Assembly: GCA_001303705.1 (NCBI GenBank)
Contig: LJUI01000005.1
Location: forward strand, 1 to 45,400
DNA from: a candidate division TA06 bacterium SM23_40
GTDB lineage: Bacteria; LJUI01; SM1-40
DNA length: 45,400 bases
Direction of reading: 5' to 3'
How positions within the stretch are numbered: the first letter of the stretch is position 1; every line of letters begins with the position of its first letter. A model generated the notes under the pieces. It ran no database searches, was not told where the DNA came from, and was given only the letters and a program-made list of their open reading frames with translations. Position numbers and translations under genes: made by a program. Shown one piece after another: positions 9,285 to 19,437 of this stretch.

Positions 9285-10082
9285 ATGTGTAAGAGTCGAG
9301 CTGAGATCAGTAGAGTCACGCGATCGAAAAGGGAGGCCAGGGCCAGCTACGACAAGATGAGTAGATGGTATGACGTAGTAGCTGGTCACTTCGAGAGTAA
9401 GCATAGGGACATCGCCTTAGCACAAATGAATATTCAAGAGGGCGAGATCATTCTTGAAATAGGATGTGGCACCGGACGCTCTCTCTTGGCACTGGCCCAA
9501 TCAGTCGACGGCTCAGGCAGGGTCTACGGGATTGACATATCAGAAGGCATGCTCGACATCTCACGAGCAAAGGTCCGGAGAGCGAGACTATCCGATAGAA
9601 TCATATTGATCTGCGGCGACGCTGCTGACCTTCCGTTCAGACCGCATTCCTTCGACGCCATTCTAGTAATCTTCACTCTTGAGCTCTTCGATACGCCTGA
9701 GATTCCAATCGTTCTATGCCAGTGGAGGAAGGCCCTCAGAGACACCGGACGCATCTGTGTGGTGGCAATGTCAAAGAAGGGAAAAGTTGGTCTGGTGATG
9801 AGGCTCTACGAATGGGCGCACCGGAGGTTTCCGTCCTATGTCGATTGCCGACCGATTCTTGTCTGGAAGGCGCTGAAAGATGCAGGTCTCCACATTGTTG
9901 ATGCTTCGGAAGTCTCCGGGTGGACACTGCCCGTTGAGGTCGTCGTGGCGAAAAAGCGCTACCATCCACTCGAGCAACCTGAATGTGACCGAACCACAGA
10001 GAACAAAAAGAGAAGCTCGCCACGAAGTCCTACCCAGGTGCGTCAGGATTCGCCGAAACGCCCTGGGCAGACTGCCAAGTGA
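9285..10082 (+). CDS. Class I SAM-dependent methyltransferase (UbiE-like)
   Basis: ILEIGCGTG, GIDISEGML, GDAADLPF motifs; low-complexity tail after VEVVVAKK. Confidence 0.85.
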   Translation: MCKSRAEISRVTRSKREARASYDKMSRWYDVVAGHFESKHRDIALAQMNIQEGEIILEIGCGTGRSLLALAQSVDGSGRVYGIDISEGMLDISRAKVRRARLSDRIILICGDAADLPFRPHSFDAILVIFTLELFDTPEIPIVLCQWRKALRDTGRICVVAMSKKGKVGLVMRLYEWAHRRFPSYVDCRPILVWKALKDAGLHIVDASEVSGWTLPVEVVVAKKRYHPLEQPECDRTTENKKRSSPRSPTQVRQDSPKRPGQTAK

Positions 10083-10093
10083 GGAGCGCAGAC

Positions 10094-10345
10094 ATGCAGA
10101 GACTCAGTGTGAGCGCAACGGCTCTCGGATTCGGCCTGACCTGGGCTGTCGCCATATTGTCTATCGGCTGGACCTCCATGTTCGGGTGGGGAACGAGAGT
10201 TGTGGGAGTCGTATCATCACTGTATATCGGCTACGCGCCGACCTTCCTCGGTGGCATCATCGGAGCTCTCTGGGCGCTCGTTGACGGCGCAATCGGGGGA
10301 GCGATATTCGCCCTCGTCTACAACGCAGTCGTCAGGAGGAGGTAG
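10094..10345 (+). CDS. Small membrane protein resembling the family commonly annotated 'bacteriophage holin'
   Basis: GAGGAG RBS; hydrophobic; LYIGY..TFLGGIIGALWALVDGAIGGAIFALVYN pattern; basic C-terminus. Confidence 0.7.
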   Translation: MQRLSVSATALGFGLTWAVAILSIGWTSMFGWGTRVVGVVSSLYIGYAPTFLGGIIGALWALVDGAIGGAIFALVYNAVVRRR

Positions 10346-10507
10346 CGCACTCTCCGACCGCTTTTCGCTCATCGTCGCCACTTCTCTTTGCTGTCGCCGG
10401 CAGAATTCACAGAGCTAACACGGCTGCCGACGCTGACCTCGAGGTCCAGGTGGCGCCCGTACTCTCACAGCAATCATTCCTCTCTGCGAGATCAAGGAGG
10501 CCTCTCG

Positions 10508-12955
10508 ATGACTCAAGGAACCGTGAACACCGAGGATCTAAGAAAAACCCCTTTGCGCGAGCTATTCGACACACTCTCCTCGAGCGAAAACGGTCTCTCT
10601 TCCCCAGAGGCGAGAGATCGACTCGAGCGCTACGGCCCTAACGAAATCTCCGAGAAGAAAGTGAGTCCCATCCTCAAGTTCCTGAGCTATTTCTGGGGGC
10701 CGATACCGTGGATGATCGAAGTTGCCGCGATACTATCGGCGATCATCCGCCACTGGGAGGACTTCTGGATCATCCTGGCGCTCCTTCTGCTCAATGCAGT
10801 GGTGCGGTTCTGGCAAGAACACAAGGCAGATACAGCCATCGAAGCGCTGAAGGAGAAGCTTGCACTTGTGGCGCGAGTCCTGCGCGATGGCACATGGTCG
10901 CAGATCCCTGCGGGAGAACTCGTTCCAGGAGATGTGGTCCGCGTGCGCCTGGGCGATCGCGTCCCCGCCGACATCAGACTGATCGACGGCGACTACCTCA
11001 TGATAGATGAATCGGCGTTGACCGGAGAATCGATGCCTGTCGAGAAACATGTCGCCGATGTCGCCTACGCCGGTTCGATCATACGTCAGGGGGAGATGAC
11101 AGCTCTCGTCGTTTCCACCGGAATGAGCACTTACTTCGGGAAGACCGCCACGTTGGTGGAAGAGGCAGAGACCCGCAGCCACTTCCAGAGGGCGGTGGTC
11201 AAGATCGGCGACTACCTGATTGCGCTTGGCGGACTGCTCGTGATAACCATCTTTCTTGTGGCGCTCTTCCGTCACGAGAGCCTGCTGGAGACGCTTCAGT
11301 TCGCGCTGGTCCTTACTGTTGCGGCAATACCGGTGGCACTCCCGGCTGTCCTTTCCGTCACCATGGCGGTGGGGGCCATGGCCCTGGCAAGAAAAAAAGC
11401 CATCGTCAGCAGGCTGGTTGCCATTGAGGAAATGGCAGGAATGGATGTGCTCTGTTCGGATAAGACCGGCACCATCACCAAGAATGAGATCACTGTCGCT
11501 GAAGCCGTTCCCCTCGGCTCCTTTGCAGAGAATGATGTTCTGCTCTTCGGGACAATGGCATCGAGGGAGGAAGACAGGGATCCCATCGACGATGCAGTCA
11601 TCGCCGGGGCCGAGAGCTTGCATCTGCTGAATGGGGCATCGGGTGGGTTCAGGGCAGTCGAGTTCACACCCTTTGATCCTGTCTCGAAACGCACGGAAGC
11701 GACCATAGAGGATGCTGAGGGCAAGCGCTTCAAGGTCGCGAAGGGTGCACCTCAGAGTATCCTATCGCTCGCAGCAGAGAGGGAGACTATCAGCGCCGGC
11801 GTGGAAAAACATGTCGATCTTTTTGCCACAAGAGGACAACGTGCACTCGGTGTGGCCAAGACCGACGAGCAGGAAGAGTGGCACTATGTCGGGCTCATAG
11901 CTCTCCAAGATCCAGCGCGTGAAGACTCAGCGGAGACGATAAGGACCGCTCAGTCGATGGGCGTAGATGTGAAGATGGTGACGGGTGACCACACCGCCGT
12001 AGCCAAGGAGATCGCCCGGGAGATACATCTGGGGATGAACATCGTCGAGGCCTCCGCGTTTCTCGACAGACCCGACAGGGAGGCACTGGAAATCGTCGAG
12101 AAGGCGGATGGTTTTGCGCAGGTCTTCCCTGAACACAAGTACCATATTGTAGAACTGCTTCAGGGCAGAGGACATATCGTCGGGATGACAGGAGATGGAG
12201 TCAATGATGCGCCTGCACTCAGGAAGGCCGACGTGGGAATCGCTGTTGCGGGCGCTACCGACGCGGCAAAATCAGCTGCCGCAATCGTGCTGACCACACC
12301 GGGTCTCTCCGTCATAATCGATGCCATAAAGCAGAGCCGAGCTATCTTCCAGCGAATGACCAACTACTCAATCTACCGAATTGCGGAGACGATCAGGGTA
12401 CTGATCTTCATCACACTGTCAATCATCGCGTTTCGCTTCTATCCGGTTTCCGCCCTCATGATTGTCCTGTTGGCGCTCCTGAACGATGCGCCAATCATGA
12501 CCATCGCGTATGACAATGTGAAATACTCTGAGAAACCGGAGAAATGGAATATGCGGGCGATATTGACCATATCGACCATGCTCGGTATCATCGGTGTCCT
12601 ATCGTCCTTCCTGATCCTCTACATCGGCAGGGATCTCTTTCACCTCACCCGCGAGGTCCTCCAATCCTTCATGTATCTGAAACTCTCGGTGGCAGGGCAC
12701 TTCACAGTCTTCGTGGCCCGTACAAGAGGTCCGTTCTGGTCGATCAGACCGGCAAAGCCGGTCTTCATGGCAGTCATAGTGACGCAACTTATCGCCACAT
12801 TGATCACTGTCTATGGGATATTACTGCCTGCGATGGGTTGGAGACTCGCATTCTTCGTATGGGGCTACGCCCTCGCCGCCTTTCTCATAACCGACCTCCT
12901 GAAGACGCGCCTCTACAGCGTTCTGGACCATGGCGGCATACGGTTCCACCGATAA
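10508..12955 (+). CDS. Plasma-membrane proton-efflux P-type ATPase (P3A)
   Basis: LTGES, AIPVALP, DKTGT phosphorylation site, GDGVNDAPAL, LLNDAPIMTIAYD (proton-acceptor Asp); AAGGAGG RBS. Confidence 0.93.
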   Translation: MTQGTVNTEDLRKTPLRELFDTLSSSENGLSSPEARDRLERYGPNEISEKKVSPILKFLSYFWGPIPWMIEVAAILSAIIRHWEDFWIILALLLLNAVVRFWQEHKADTAIEALKEKLALVARVLRDGTWSQIPAGELVPGDVVRVRLGDRVPADIRLIDGDYLMIDESALTGESMPVEKHVADVAYAGSIIRQGEMTALVVSTGMSTYFGKTATLVEEAETRSHFQRAVVKIGDYLIALGGLLVITIFLVALFRHESLLETLQFALVLTVAAIPVALPAVLSVTMAVGAMALARKKAIVSRLVAIEEMAGMDVLCSDKTGTITKNEITVAEAVPLGSFAENDVLLFGTMASREEDRDPIDDAVIAGAESLHLLNGASGGFRAVEFTPFDPVSKRTEATIEDAEGKRFKVAKGAPQSILSLAAERETISAGVEKHVDLFATRGQRALGVAKTDEQEEWHYVGLIALQDPAREDSAETIRTAQSMGVDVKMVTGDHTAVAKEIAREIHLGMNIVEASAFLDRPDREALEIVEKADGFAQVFPEHKYHIVELLQGRGHIVGMTGDGVNDAPALRKADVGIAVAGATDAAKSAAAIVLTTPGLSVIIDAIKQSRAIFQRMTNYSIYRIAETIRVLIFITLSIIAFRFYPVSALMIVLLALLNDAPIMTIAYDNVKYSEKPEKWNMRAILTISTMLGIIGVLSSFLILYIGRDLFHLTREVLQSFMYLKLSVAGHFTVFVARTRGPFWSIRPAKPVFMAVIVTQLIATLITVYGILLPAMGWRLAFFVWGYALAAFLITDLLKTRLYSVLDHGGIRFHR

Positions 12956-13402
12956 GAATCTCGAAATAGGCACCGTCTCCTTGATGTCACTCACGGGTTT
13001 GCGTTCACTGCGGCTGGCATGACGGGGTTACTTCGCTCGCCTGATCCGGTAGATGGCAGACTCCTGGAACAAGAGCGGAGTAGGAAGGTCGAGGCTCACG
13101 AGACGGTAGACCCTCGGCCAGACAACCAGGTGTGCGGCTTCCACCGGAGGACACGTCGAACGTAGCATCAGCTTCATCAGGTGACAAGGTGGCATGAGGG
13201 AGGGCGATGACTCTACTGGGCGACCCTGACAGAGACCTGAGTTTGGTGTAATCGGGAAGGGCCCCGTGAACCGTCGAAGAACGATAGGATTCTGGGGAGT
13301 AACAGGAATAGGCGTCGGGGGCATGGTAGAGTAAGGTCCTTCGGCGCCGCACCTCTCTCCCACCTCGGGAGTCGGTCTCCGAGCGACCAGTTCGCACTCC
13401 CT

Positions 13403-14557
13403 TTAGCCGGGTGCCTGGCGATCGATCGGCTCCCCCAGGGCGGAGGCACGTGCCTCCTTCAGTCTTTCGATGAGGCGATCGTAGGAATCGATGAACTTCT
13501 GTACACCTTCTTTCTCCAGTTGCCGCGTTACCTCCTCTACGTCGATTCCCAGTTGACACAACTGCCGAAAGACGTGCCGGGCCCCCGCCGCGCCCTCCTC
13601 CAGACGCGGTGCCGGATTGCCGTGGTCGCGATACGCATCGAGGGTCTCGAGCGGGAGGGTGCTCACTGTCCCAGGTCCGATGAGGGGCTCCACATACTTC
13701 ACATCGCTGTAGGCCGGGTTCTTGGTGCCAGTACTCGCCCACAGGGGACGTTGGGTGCGCGCGCCCGTGGCGGCCAGTCTGCGGAATCGCGCGCCGCCGA
13801 AGATCTCCTTGTAGATCTGGTATGCCACCTTGGCGCTCGCAATCGCGACCTGTCCGTGGATGCTCGCAGCGACCCCGGCTCCGGAACCTTCTCCCTGTAT
13901 CAGTCTCTCCAGCACGGGGTCGACCAACACATCGATCCTGCTGAGAAAGAAGCTGGCGACGGACGCCACATGCTCCAGAGGCTCTGACCTCGCTGCCCGC
14001 GTTTCGAGCCCGGCGAGGTACGCCTCGGCGACGTCCCGGTAACGCGCAAGGCCGAAGAGCAGCGTCACGTTGACGTTGATCCCCTCGCCGATGAGCTGCT
14101 GGACGGCCAACAGCCCCTCAACGGTCGCCGGGACCTTGATCAGCACGTTCGGGCGGTCCACCGCAGCCCAGAGCCGGCGCGCCTCAACGACCGTACCGGC
14201 CGAGTCGTCCGCGAGGTGAGGAGAGACTTCCAGGCTCACAAACCCGTCCCTGCCTGCCGTCCCATCGTAGGTAGGACGAAAGAGGTCGCTTGCTCTCTGC
14301 ACATCCTCCACGGTGAGCGCCTCGTAGATCGCCTCGACACTCCTCTCCCGGAGGGCAAGAAGACGAATCGCCTCGTCATAGTCATGGCTGCCGGCGATGG
14401 CCCTCTCGAAGATGGGCGGGTTGGAGGTCACGCCACGCAGACCATCCTCCTCGATCAGCTGCAGGAGCTTTCCCGAGGAGAGCATACCCCGGCGGATGAA
14501 GTCGAGCCAGATGCTCTGACCGAATGCGCTCAGTCTGGAGAGAGGAGAATCGTTCAC
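13403..14557 (-). CDS. tal: Transaldolase
   Basis: QSIWLD, GVTSNP, VSLEVSP, IKVPAT (Schiff-base Lys), NVTLLF, ASFFLSRID, LWASTGTKNP. Confidence 0.95.
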   Translation of the reverse strand: MNDSPLSRLSAFGQSIWLDFIRRGMLSSGKLLQLIEEDGLRGVTSNPPIFERAIAGSHDYDEAIRLLALRERSVEAIYEALTVEDVQRASDLFRPTYDGTAGRDGFVSLEVSPHLADDSAGTVVEARRLWAAVDRPNVLIKVPATVEGLLAVQQLIGEGINVNVTLLFGLARYRDVAEAYLAGLETRAARSEPLEHVASVASFFLSRIDVLVDPVLERLIQGEGSGAGVAASIHGQVAIASAKVAYQIYKEIFGGARFRRLAATGARTQRPLWASTGTKNPAYSDVKYVEPLIGPGTVSTLPLETLDAYRDHGNPAPRLEEGAAGARHVFRQLCQLGIDVEEVTRQLEKEGVQKFIDSYDRLIERLKEARASALGEPIDRQAPG

Positions 14558-15015
14558 TGAAGCTTCACCTCGCCTTCCAACGCCGCAATCTTGGCCAGGC
14601 GACGCCGATGCCGCGCGGCCCCGCTGAAGCGGGCTGCCAGGAAGGCCTGGACGAGCTCCCAGGCGAGCGATTCGCCGACCACGTGCCCGCCCAGACAGAT
14701 CAGATTCATGTTATCATCCTCCACTCCCTGGCGGGCGGAAAAGACATCATGTATCAATCCGGCACGAACACCTGGCACCTTATTGGCCGCGACGGACGCT
14801 CCTACGCCGCTGCCACAGACTGCCATCCCTCGCTCCACCTCTCCTCCGGCCACGCTCCTCGCAAGCGGTATCACGAAATCAGGGTAGTCATCCCCGACAT
14901 CCAGGCTCGAGGCACCGAAGTCCACCACCTCGTGCCCGGAGCCACGCAGAGCGTTGGCCAGTTGCTCCTTCAGGGCAAATCCCCCATGGTCTGCAGCGAC
15001 TCCGATACGCATCAT
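14554..15015 (-). CDS. rpiB: Ribose-5-phosphate isomerase B
   Basis: [30 protein letters not shown] motifs; ATGA-coupled to tkt. Confidence 0.93.
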   Translation of the reverse strand: MMRIGVAADHGGFALKEQLANALRGSGHEVVDFGASSLDVGDDYPDFVIPLARSVAGGEVERGMAVCGSGVGASVAANKVPGVRAGLIHDVFSARQGVEDDNMNLICLGGHVVGESLAWELVQAFLAARFSGAARHRRRLAKIAALEGEVKLQ

Positions 15016-17072
15016 TCTTGCTCCCTTCCCTGATCCACCAAGGCGCGAGCCCGGCTGCATACGTTTTCGACACTGAAGCCGAATTCACGCATCACCGCCT
15101 CCCCTGGGGCGGATAGACCGAACCGATCGACGCCGATTACGGCGACCTGTGGCCCGATGTACCCCCTCCAGCCGAGGGAGACGCCCGCCTCGATTGCGAG
15201 GACGGGCACCCCCTGGGGTACCACCTGTCTACGATATTCGGCCGGCTGCGCCTCGAAGAGCTGCCAGCTGGGCATACTCACCACGCGCACCCTCACGCCT
15301 TCCGTGGCCAGCTTGTCTCGGGCAGCCAACGCCAGGTGTACCTCAGAACCTGTCGCGACGAGGTTGATATCAGGTGCCCCTCCCTCTGGCGCAGGGGCGA
15401 GGACGTAGCCACCGAACCGTACTCCAACAAGTAGAGCGGGATAATCTTTGACGTCCAGCACCGGGAGCTTCTGTCGGGTGAGCACCAGCGCCACGGGCCC
15501 ACCCCAGTGCTCGACAGCGACGCGCCAGGACGCGGCTGTCTCATTGGCGTCAGCTGGGCGGATGAGGACGAGGCCGGGGATGGACCGCAGGCCGCACAAC
15601 TGCTCCACCGGCTGATGGGTTGGACCATCCTCCCCGAGGGCGACACTGTCGTGGGTGAAGACGTAGATGACATGAAGCCCGTCCATCGCCGCCAGACGGA
15701 CGGGCGGCCGCATATAGTCACTGAAGATCAGAAAAGTACCCCCGTAGGGAATAAGACCACGGTGCAGGGCCATACCGTTCAGGATGGCCCCCATGGCGTG
15801 CTCACGAATGCCGAAGTGCAGATTGCGCCCGGCCCTGTTGTCCGCCCCGAAGTCCCCTCCGCCTTCGATGAGCGTATGGGTGCTCGGAGCCAGGTCAGCA
15901 GAACCACCTATCAACTCGGGGAGCTGATGAGCGATGGCATTGAGAACCTTGCCAGAGGCAGTCCGCGTCGCCGCGGGGCCCTGGTTCGAGCTGAAGATCG
16001 GAAGGTTTGAACTCCATGGCTCGGGGAGTCGGCCCTGGATAACCCGCCGTAACTCCGCTGCCAGGTCGGGGTACTCCTCCGCATATGCCTCGAGGCGTCC
16101 CTCCCATCTCGCCTGCCGCTCCGCTCCCCGTCCGACAGCCTTGCGGAAGTGGACCCGAGCCTCCGTCGGGATGTAGAACAGGGGCTCCAGAGGCCAGCCC
16201 AGGCGCTCCTTTGTCAGACGGACCTCCTCCTCACCAAGGGGCTCGCCGTGAGCAGCGGCGGTATCCTGCTTGTGGGGACTGCCGTACCCGATGTGAGTAT
16301 GGACGTCGATGAGCGACGGTCGGTCCTTCTCCTCCCGAGCAGCCCGGATGGCGGCGGCAATGGCAGCGATGTCGTTCCCATCCTTCACTCGCTGAGTGTG
16401 CCAGCCGAAGGCAGCGAAGCGGGCGACACGATCCTCGCTGAAGGCGAGCTCAGTGCTGCCTTCAATTGTGACATGGTTGTCGGCATAGAGCACGATCAGC
16501 TTGCCGAGCCGCAGGTGGCCGGCCAGAGAGCCGGCTTCGGATGAGATTCCCTCCATCAGGTCCCCATCGCTCGCCAGGACGTAGGTGTGGTGGTCCACGA
16601 TCGTGTGGCCCGGCCGGTTGAAGCGAGCTGCCAGGGCAGTTTCGGCAACGGCCATCCCGACTCCGTTGCCGAAGCCCTGACCGAGGGGGCCTGTGGTCGC
16701 CTCAACGCCGGGGGTCCTGCCGTACTCGGGATGACCAGGGGTACGGCTTCCCCACTGGCGGAAGCGCTTCAGTTCTTCCAGCCGAAGATCATACCCCGTG
16801 AGATGGAGAAGAGCATAGAGCAACATGGATCCATGCCCGGCCGAGAGGATAAAACGATCCCGGTCGGGCCAGTGAGGGTCGCCGGGATTGAACTTGAGGA
16901 AACGATCCCACAGGGTATACGCCATGGCTGCCGAGCCCAGCGGCAGTCCAGGATGCCCCGAGTTGGCCTTCTGCACGGCATCCACCGCCAGGAAACGAAT
17001 CGTATTGACACACAACTCGTCCGATTCTGAAACGGCCCCTTCGGTCGCGCCCTCCGCGTCTCGTTTCTTCAT
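15012..17072 (-). CDS. tkt: Transketolase
   Basis: [48 protein letters not shown]. Confidence 0.97.
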   Translation of the reverse strand: MKKRDAEGATEGAVSESDELCVNTIRFLAVDAVQKANSGHPGLPLGSAAMAYTLWDRFLKFNPGDPHWPDRDRFILSAGHGSMLLYALLHLTGYDLRLEELKRFRQWGSRTPGHPEYGRTPGVEATTGPLGQGFGNGVGMAVAETALAARFNRPGHTIVDHHTYVLASDGDLMEGISSEAGSLAGHLRLGKLIVLYADNHVTIEGSTELAFSEDRVARFAAFGWHTQRVKDGNDIAAIAAAIRAAREEKDRPSLIDVHTHIGYGSPHKQDTAAAHGEPLGEEEVRLTKERLGWPLEPLFYIPTEARVHFRKAVGRGAERQARWEGRLEAYAEEYPDLAAELRRVIQGRLPEPWSSNLPIFSSNQGPAATRTASGKVLNAIAHQLPELIGGSADLAPSTHTLIEGGGDFGADNRAGRNLHFGIREHAMGAILNGMALHRGLIPYGGTFLIFSDYMRPPVRLAAMDGLHVIYVFTHDSVALGEDGPTHQPVEQLCGLRSIPGLVLIRPADANETAASWRVAVEHWGGPVALVLTRQKLPVLDVKDYPALLVGVRFGGYVLAPAPEGGAPDINLVATGSEVHLALAARDKLATEGVRVRVVSMPSWQLFEAQPAEYRRQVVPQGVPVLAIEAGVSLGWRGYIGPQVAVIGVDRFGLSAPGEAVMREFGFSVENVCSRARALVDQGREQE

Positions 17073-17134
17073 AGCGACCCCTTCACTTCGCTACGCTCGT
17101 TGTGCACTCGGACCATTGACGACGACCGTGCCTC

Positions 17135-19267
17135 CTACGCGCTCCTCAATGCATTGACATAGTATTTCTCGACGTATTCCTTGACCATGCGCCGGGCGGA
17201 GAACCGCGGGCCGTTGCTCTTCATCGACTCTTTCATGATCCTGACCCATCCGTTCGGCACACCGTCCTCGGAGACCCTGTAGTAGAGTGGGATGACCTCT
17301 CTCTCCAGTATACGGTAGATCGCCTCGGCATCCCCCTGATCCCGATTATCACTCACGTCTCCCCCTCCGAACGCCCAACCGTTCTTCCCATTGAACCCTT
17401 CTATCCACCATCCATCCATGATGCTCAGATGAAGAACTCCGTTGAGGGCTGCCTTCATCCCACTGGTCCCGCAGGCCTCCATGGGCGGCAGCGGATTGTT
17501 GAGCCAGACATCGACGCCGTGAACCATATATTGTGCGAGTTGCTCCCCGTAGTCCTCCACAAAGGCGATGCGGCCCCCGAGAGCAGGATCACGGGCAGCA
17601 TTGAATATCTTCTGTAACTTGAGCTTGGCGGGGTCATCTGCAGGATGTGCCTTGCCGGCGAATATGATCTGTATCGGACGCCACCGATCATTCAGGAGCT
17701 TCTTCAGCCGTCCGATGTCGTAGAAGATCAGATCCGCCCTCTTGTACGTCGCAAAGCGGCGGGCGAAACCTACGGTCAGGACTGAGGGATCGAGCAGTGT
17801 TCCCCACCCTATCGTAATGGAAGGCCCTACCCGGTCCTCCACCCAGCGGCGACGCGCGTGCTCGCGAATGGTGTTGACCAGTTTCATCTTCAACCAGTAG
17901 TGAGTCTGCCAGAGCTCCTCGTCCGGAATGTCGTCGACCAGCTCCCAGATGACGGGGTTGTCATGATCCGTCAACCAACTGGGGCCGAGATACTTGTTGA
18001 GAAGGAGCTCCATCTTGGGCTCGATCCATGTAGGAACATGTACGCCGTTTGTCACATGATCGATAGGCACCTTCTCCTCCGGGAGGTCGGGCCAGAGACT
18101 TCGCCACATGCGGCGGGCCACTTCGCCGTGACGCTCGCTGACTCCGTTGTGATACCCGGACATCCTGAGGGCGAACGCCGTCATATTGAAGCCCGCGTTC
18201 GGATCCTGGGAGTGGACCCCCAACCGGAAGAAGGCCTGGCGATCCACGCCCAAGGCCGCCCAGTACGCACGGAAGTACTTCTCCATCAGCTGAAACGGAA
18301 AGACGTCGTGACCAGCCGGCACCGGAGTATGCGTCGTGAAGACGGAGGTGCTTCTCACCTGATCGACAGCTTCTTCATAGCTCGTCCCTCCCTCGACCCG
18401 CTCCCTGATCCGTTCCAGAAGCGCAAAGGCAGCGTGTCCCTCATTGAGATGGAGAACAGAGTGCTTGATGCCCAGCGTCTTCAGGACCTGGGACCCTCCA
18501 ATCCCCAGAACGATCTCCTGACGCAGCCGCTGTTCAAGATCCCCCCCGTAGAGGCGGGCTGAAATGCCCCGGTTCCACGGTTCATTAACCTCTACGTCGG
18601 TATCCATTAGATAGAGCACTACGCTGCCGACGACCACCTCCCAGACGGCGACATGGATGGGAGGCTCAATGAAAGGCACCGCAACGAGCAGTTGTCCCCC
18701 ATCCGGGTTGGGAACCCTGGAGATCGATGCTGAATCCCGATCGAGGATCTGGTCCTTGCTTATCTGCCAGCCATCATCACGGACCTCCTGCCGGACGTAT
18801 CCTTCCGGATACATGAAGCCGATGGCCACCAAGGGGACACGCAGGTCACTAGACTCCTTGAGATAGTCACCGGCCAGGAAGCCCAGGCCGCCCGCATAGA
18901 AAGGCAAGGAATGGTGCAACCCGAACTCCGCCGAGAAGTAAGCGATGGACCCGGAGTCCTGCGATGGGGCCTTCTCAGTGAACCAGCCGCCCTCGGTGTC
19001 GACGTACTCTCGGAATTGGGCGAAGACAACGTCGTAGTGACGGAGGTAGTCCGGGTGGCCTGCGGCCGATTCCAGGATCTCGTGAGGAAGCTCCTTGAGC
19101 ATCTTGATCGGATTGTGTCCCGCCTCCTTCCACCCGGGGCGATCGAGCGTCTTGAAGAGCATCCTCGCAGCCGGGTGCCAGCTCCACCAGAGATTCATCG
19201 CCATCTCTCCCAGTCCATTCAGCCGCTCCGGGAGATGGGGGAAAGCGCTCTGTGTGACTTCTGCCAT
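17135..19267 (-). CDS. glgP: Alpha-glucan (glycogen) phosphorylase
   Basis: YFSAEFG, YAGGLGFLAGD, HLNEGH, ARRFATYKR, EACGTSGMK (PLP Lys). Confidence 0.95.
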   Translation of the reverse strand: MAEVTQSAFPHLPERLNGLGEMAMNLWWSWHPAARMLFKTLDRPGWKEAGHNPIKMLKELPHEILESAAGHPDYLRHYDVVFAQFREYVDTEGGWFTEKAPSQDSGSIAYFSAEFGLHHSLPFYAGGLGFLAGDYLKESSDLRVPLVAIGFMYPEGYVRQEVRDDGWQISKDQILDRDSASISRVPNPDGGQLLVAVPFIEPPIHVAVWEVVVGSVVLYLMDTDVEVNEPWNRGISARLYGGDLEQRLRQEIVLGIGGSQVLKTLGIKHSVLHLNEGHAAFALLERIRERVEGGTSYEEAVDQVRSTSVFTTHTPVPAGHDVFPFQLMEKYFRAYWAALGVDRQAFFRLGVHSQDPNAGFNMTAFALRMSGYHNGVSERHGEVARRMWRSLWPDLPEEKVPIDHVTNGVHVPTWIEPKMELLLNKYLGPSWLTDHDNPVIWELVDDIPDEELWQTHYWLKMKLVNTIREHARRRWVEDRVGPSITIGWGTLLDPSVLTVGFARRFATYKRADLIFYDIGRLKKLLNDRWRPIQIIFAGKAHPADDPAKLKLQKIFNAARDPALGGRIAFVEDYGEQLAQYMVHGVDVWLNNPLPPMEACGTSGMKAALNGVLHLSIMDGWWIEGFNGKNGWAFGGGDVSDNRDQGDAEAIYRILEREVIPLYYRVSEDGVPNGWVRIMKESMKSNGPRFSARRMVKEYVEKYYVNALRSA

Positions 19268-19437
19268 CGTAGTACCCCTCGCTTGGGTCGCAAGCACTGG
19301 ATACGTACCCATGCACGTTTACTCACTCTTCGATCTCTTTCGAAACTCCCCCTCTCCTTTCATCCTTCCGGACCCTGCCTCAAGATGACGTGTCGTCTTC
19401 TGTTGTTCGATCGGTCCAATCGAATCCCGGCCCAGCA

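Noticed and set aside
10094-10345. Prophage inferred from the holin-like gene
   Set aside because: No endolysin, integrase or structural genes nearby
13005-13742. 245-aa and 111-aa minus-strand ORFs near the end of tal
   Set aside because: The longer one overlaps tal out of frame; both have non-protein-like composition and no motifs
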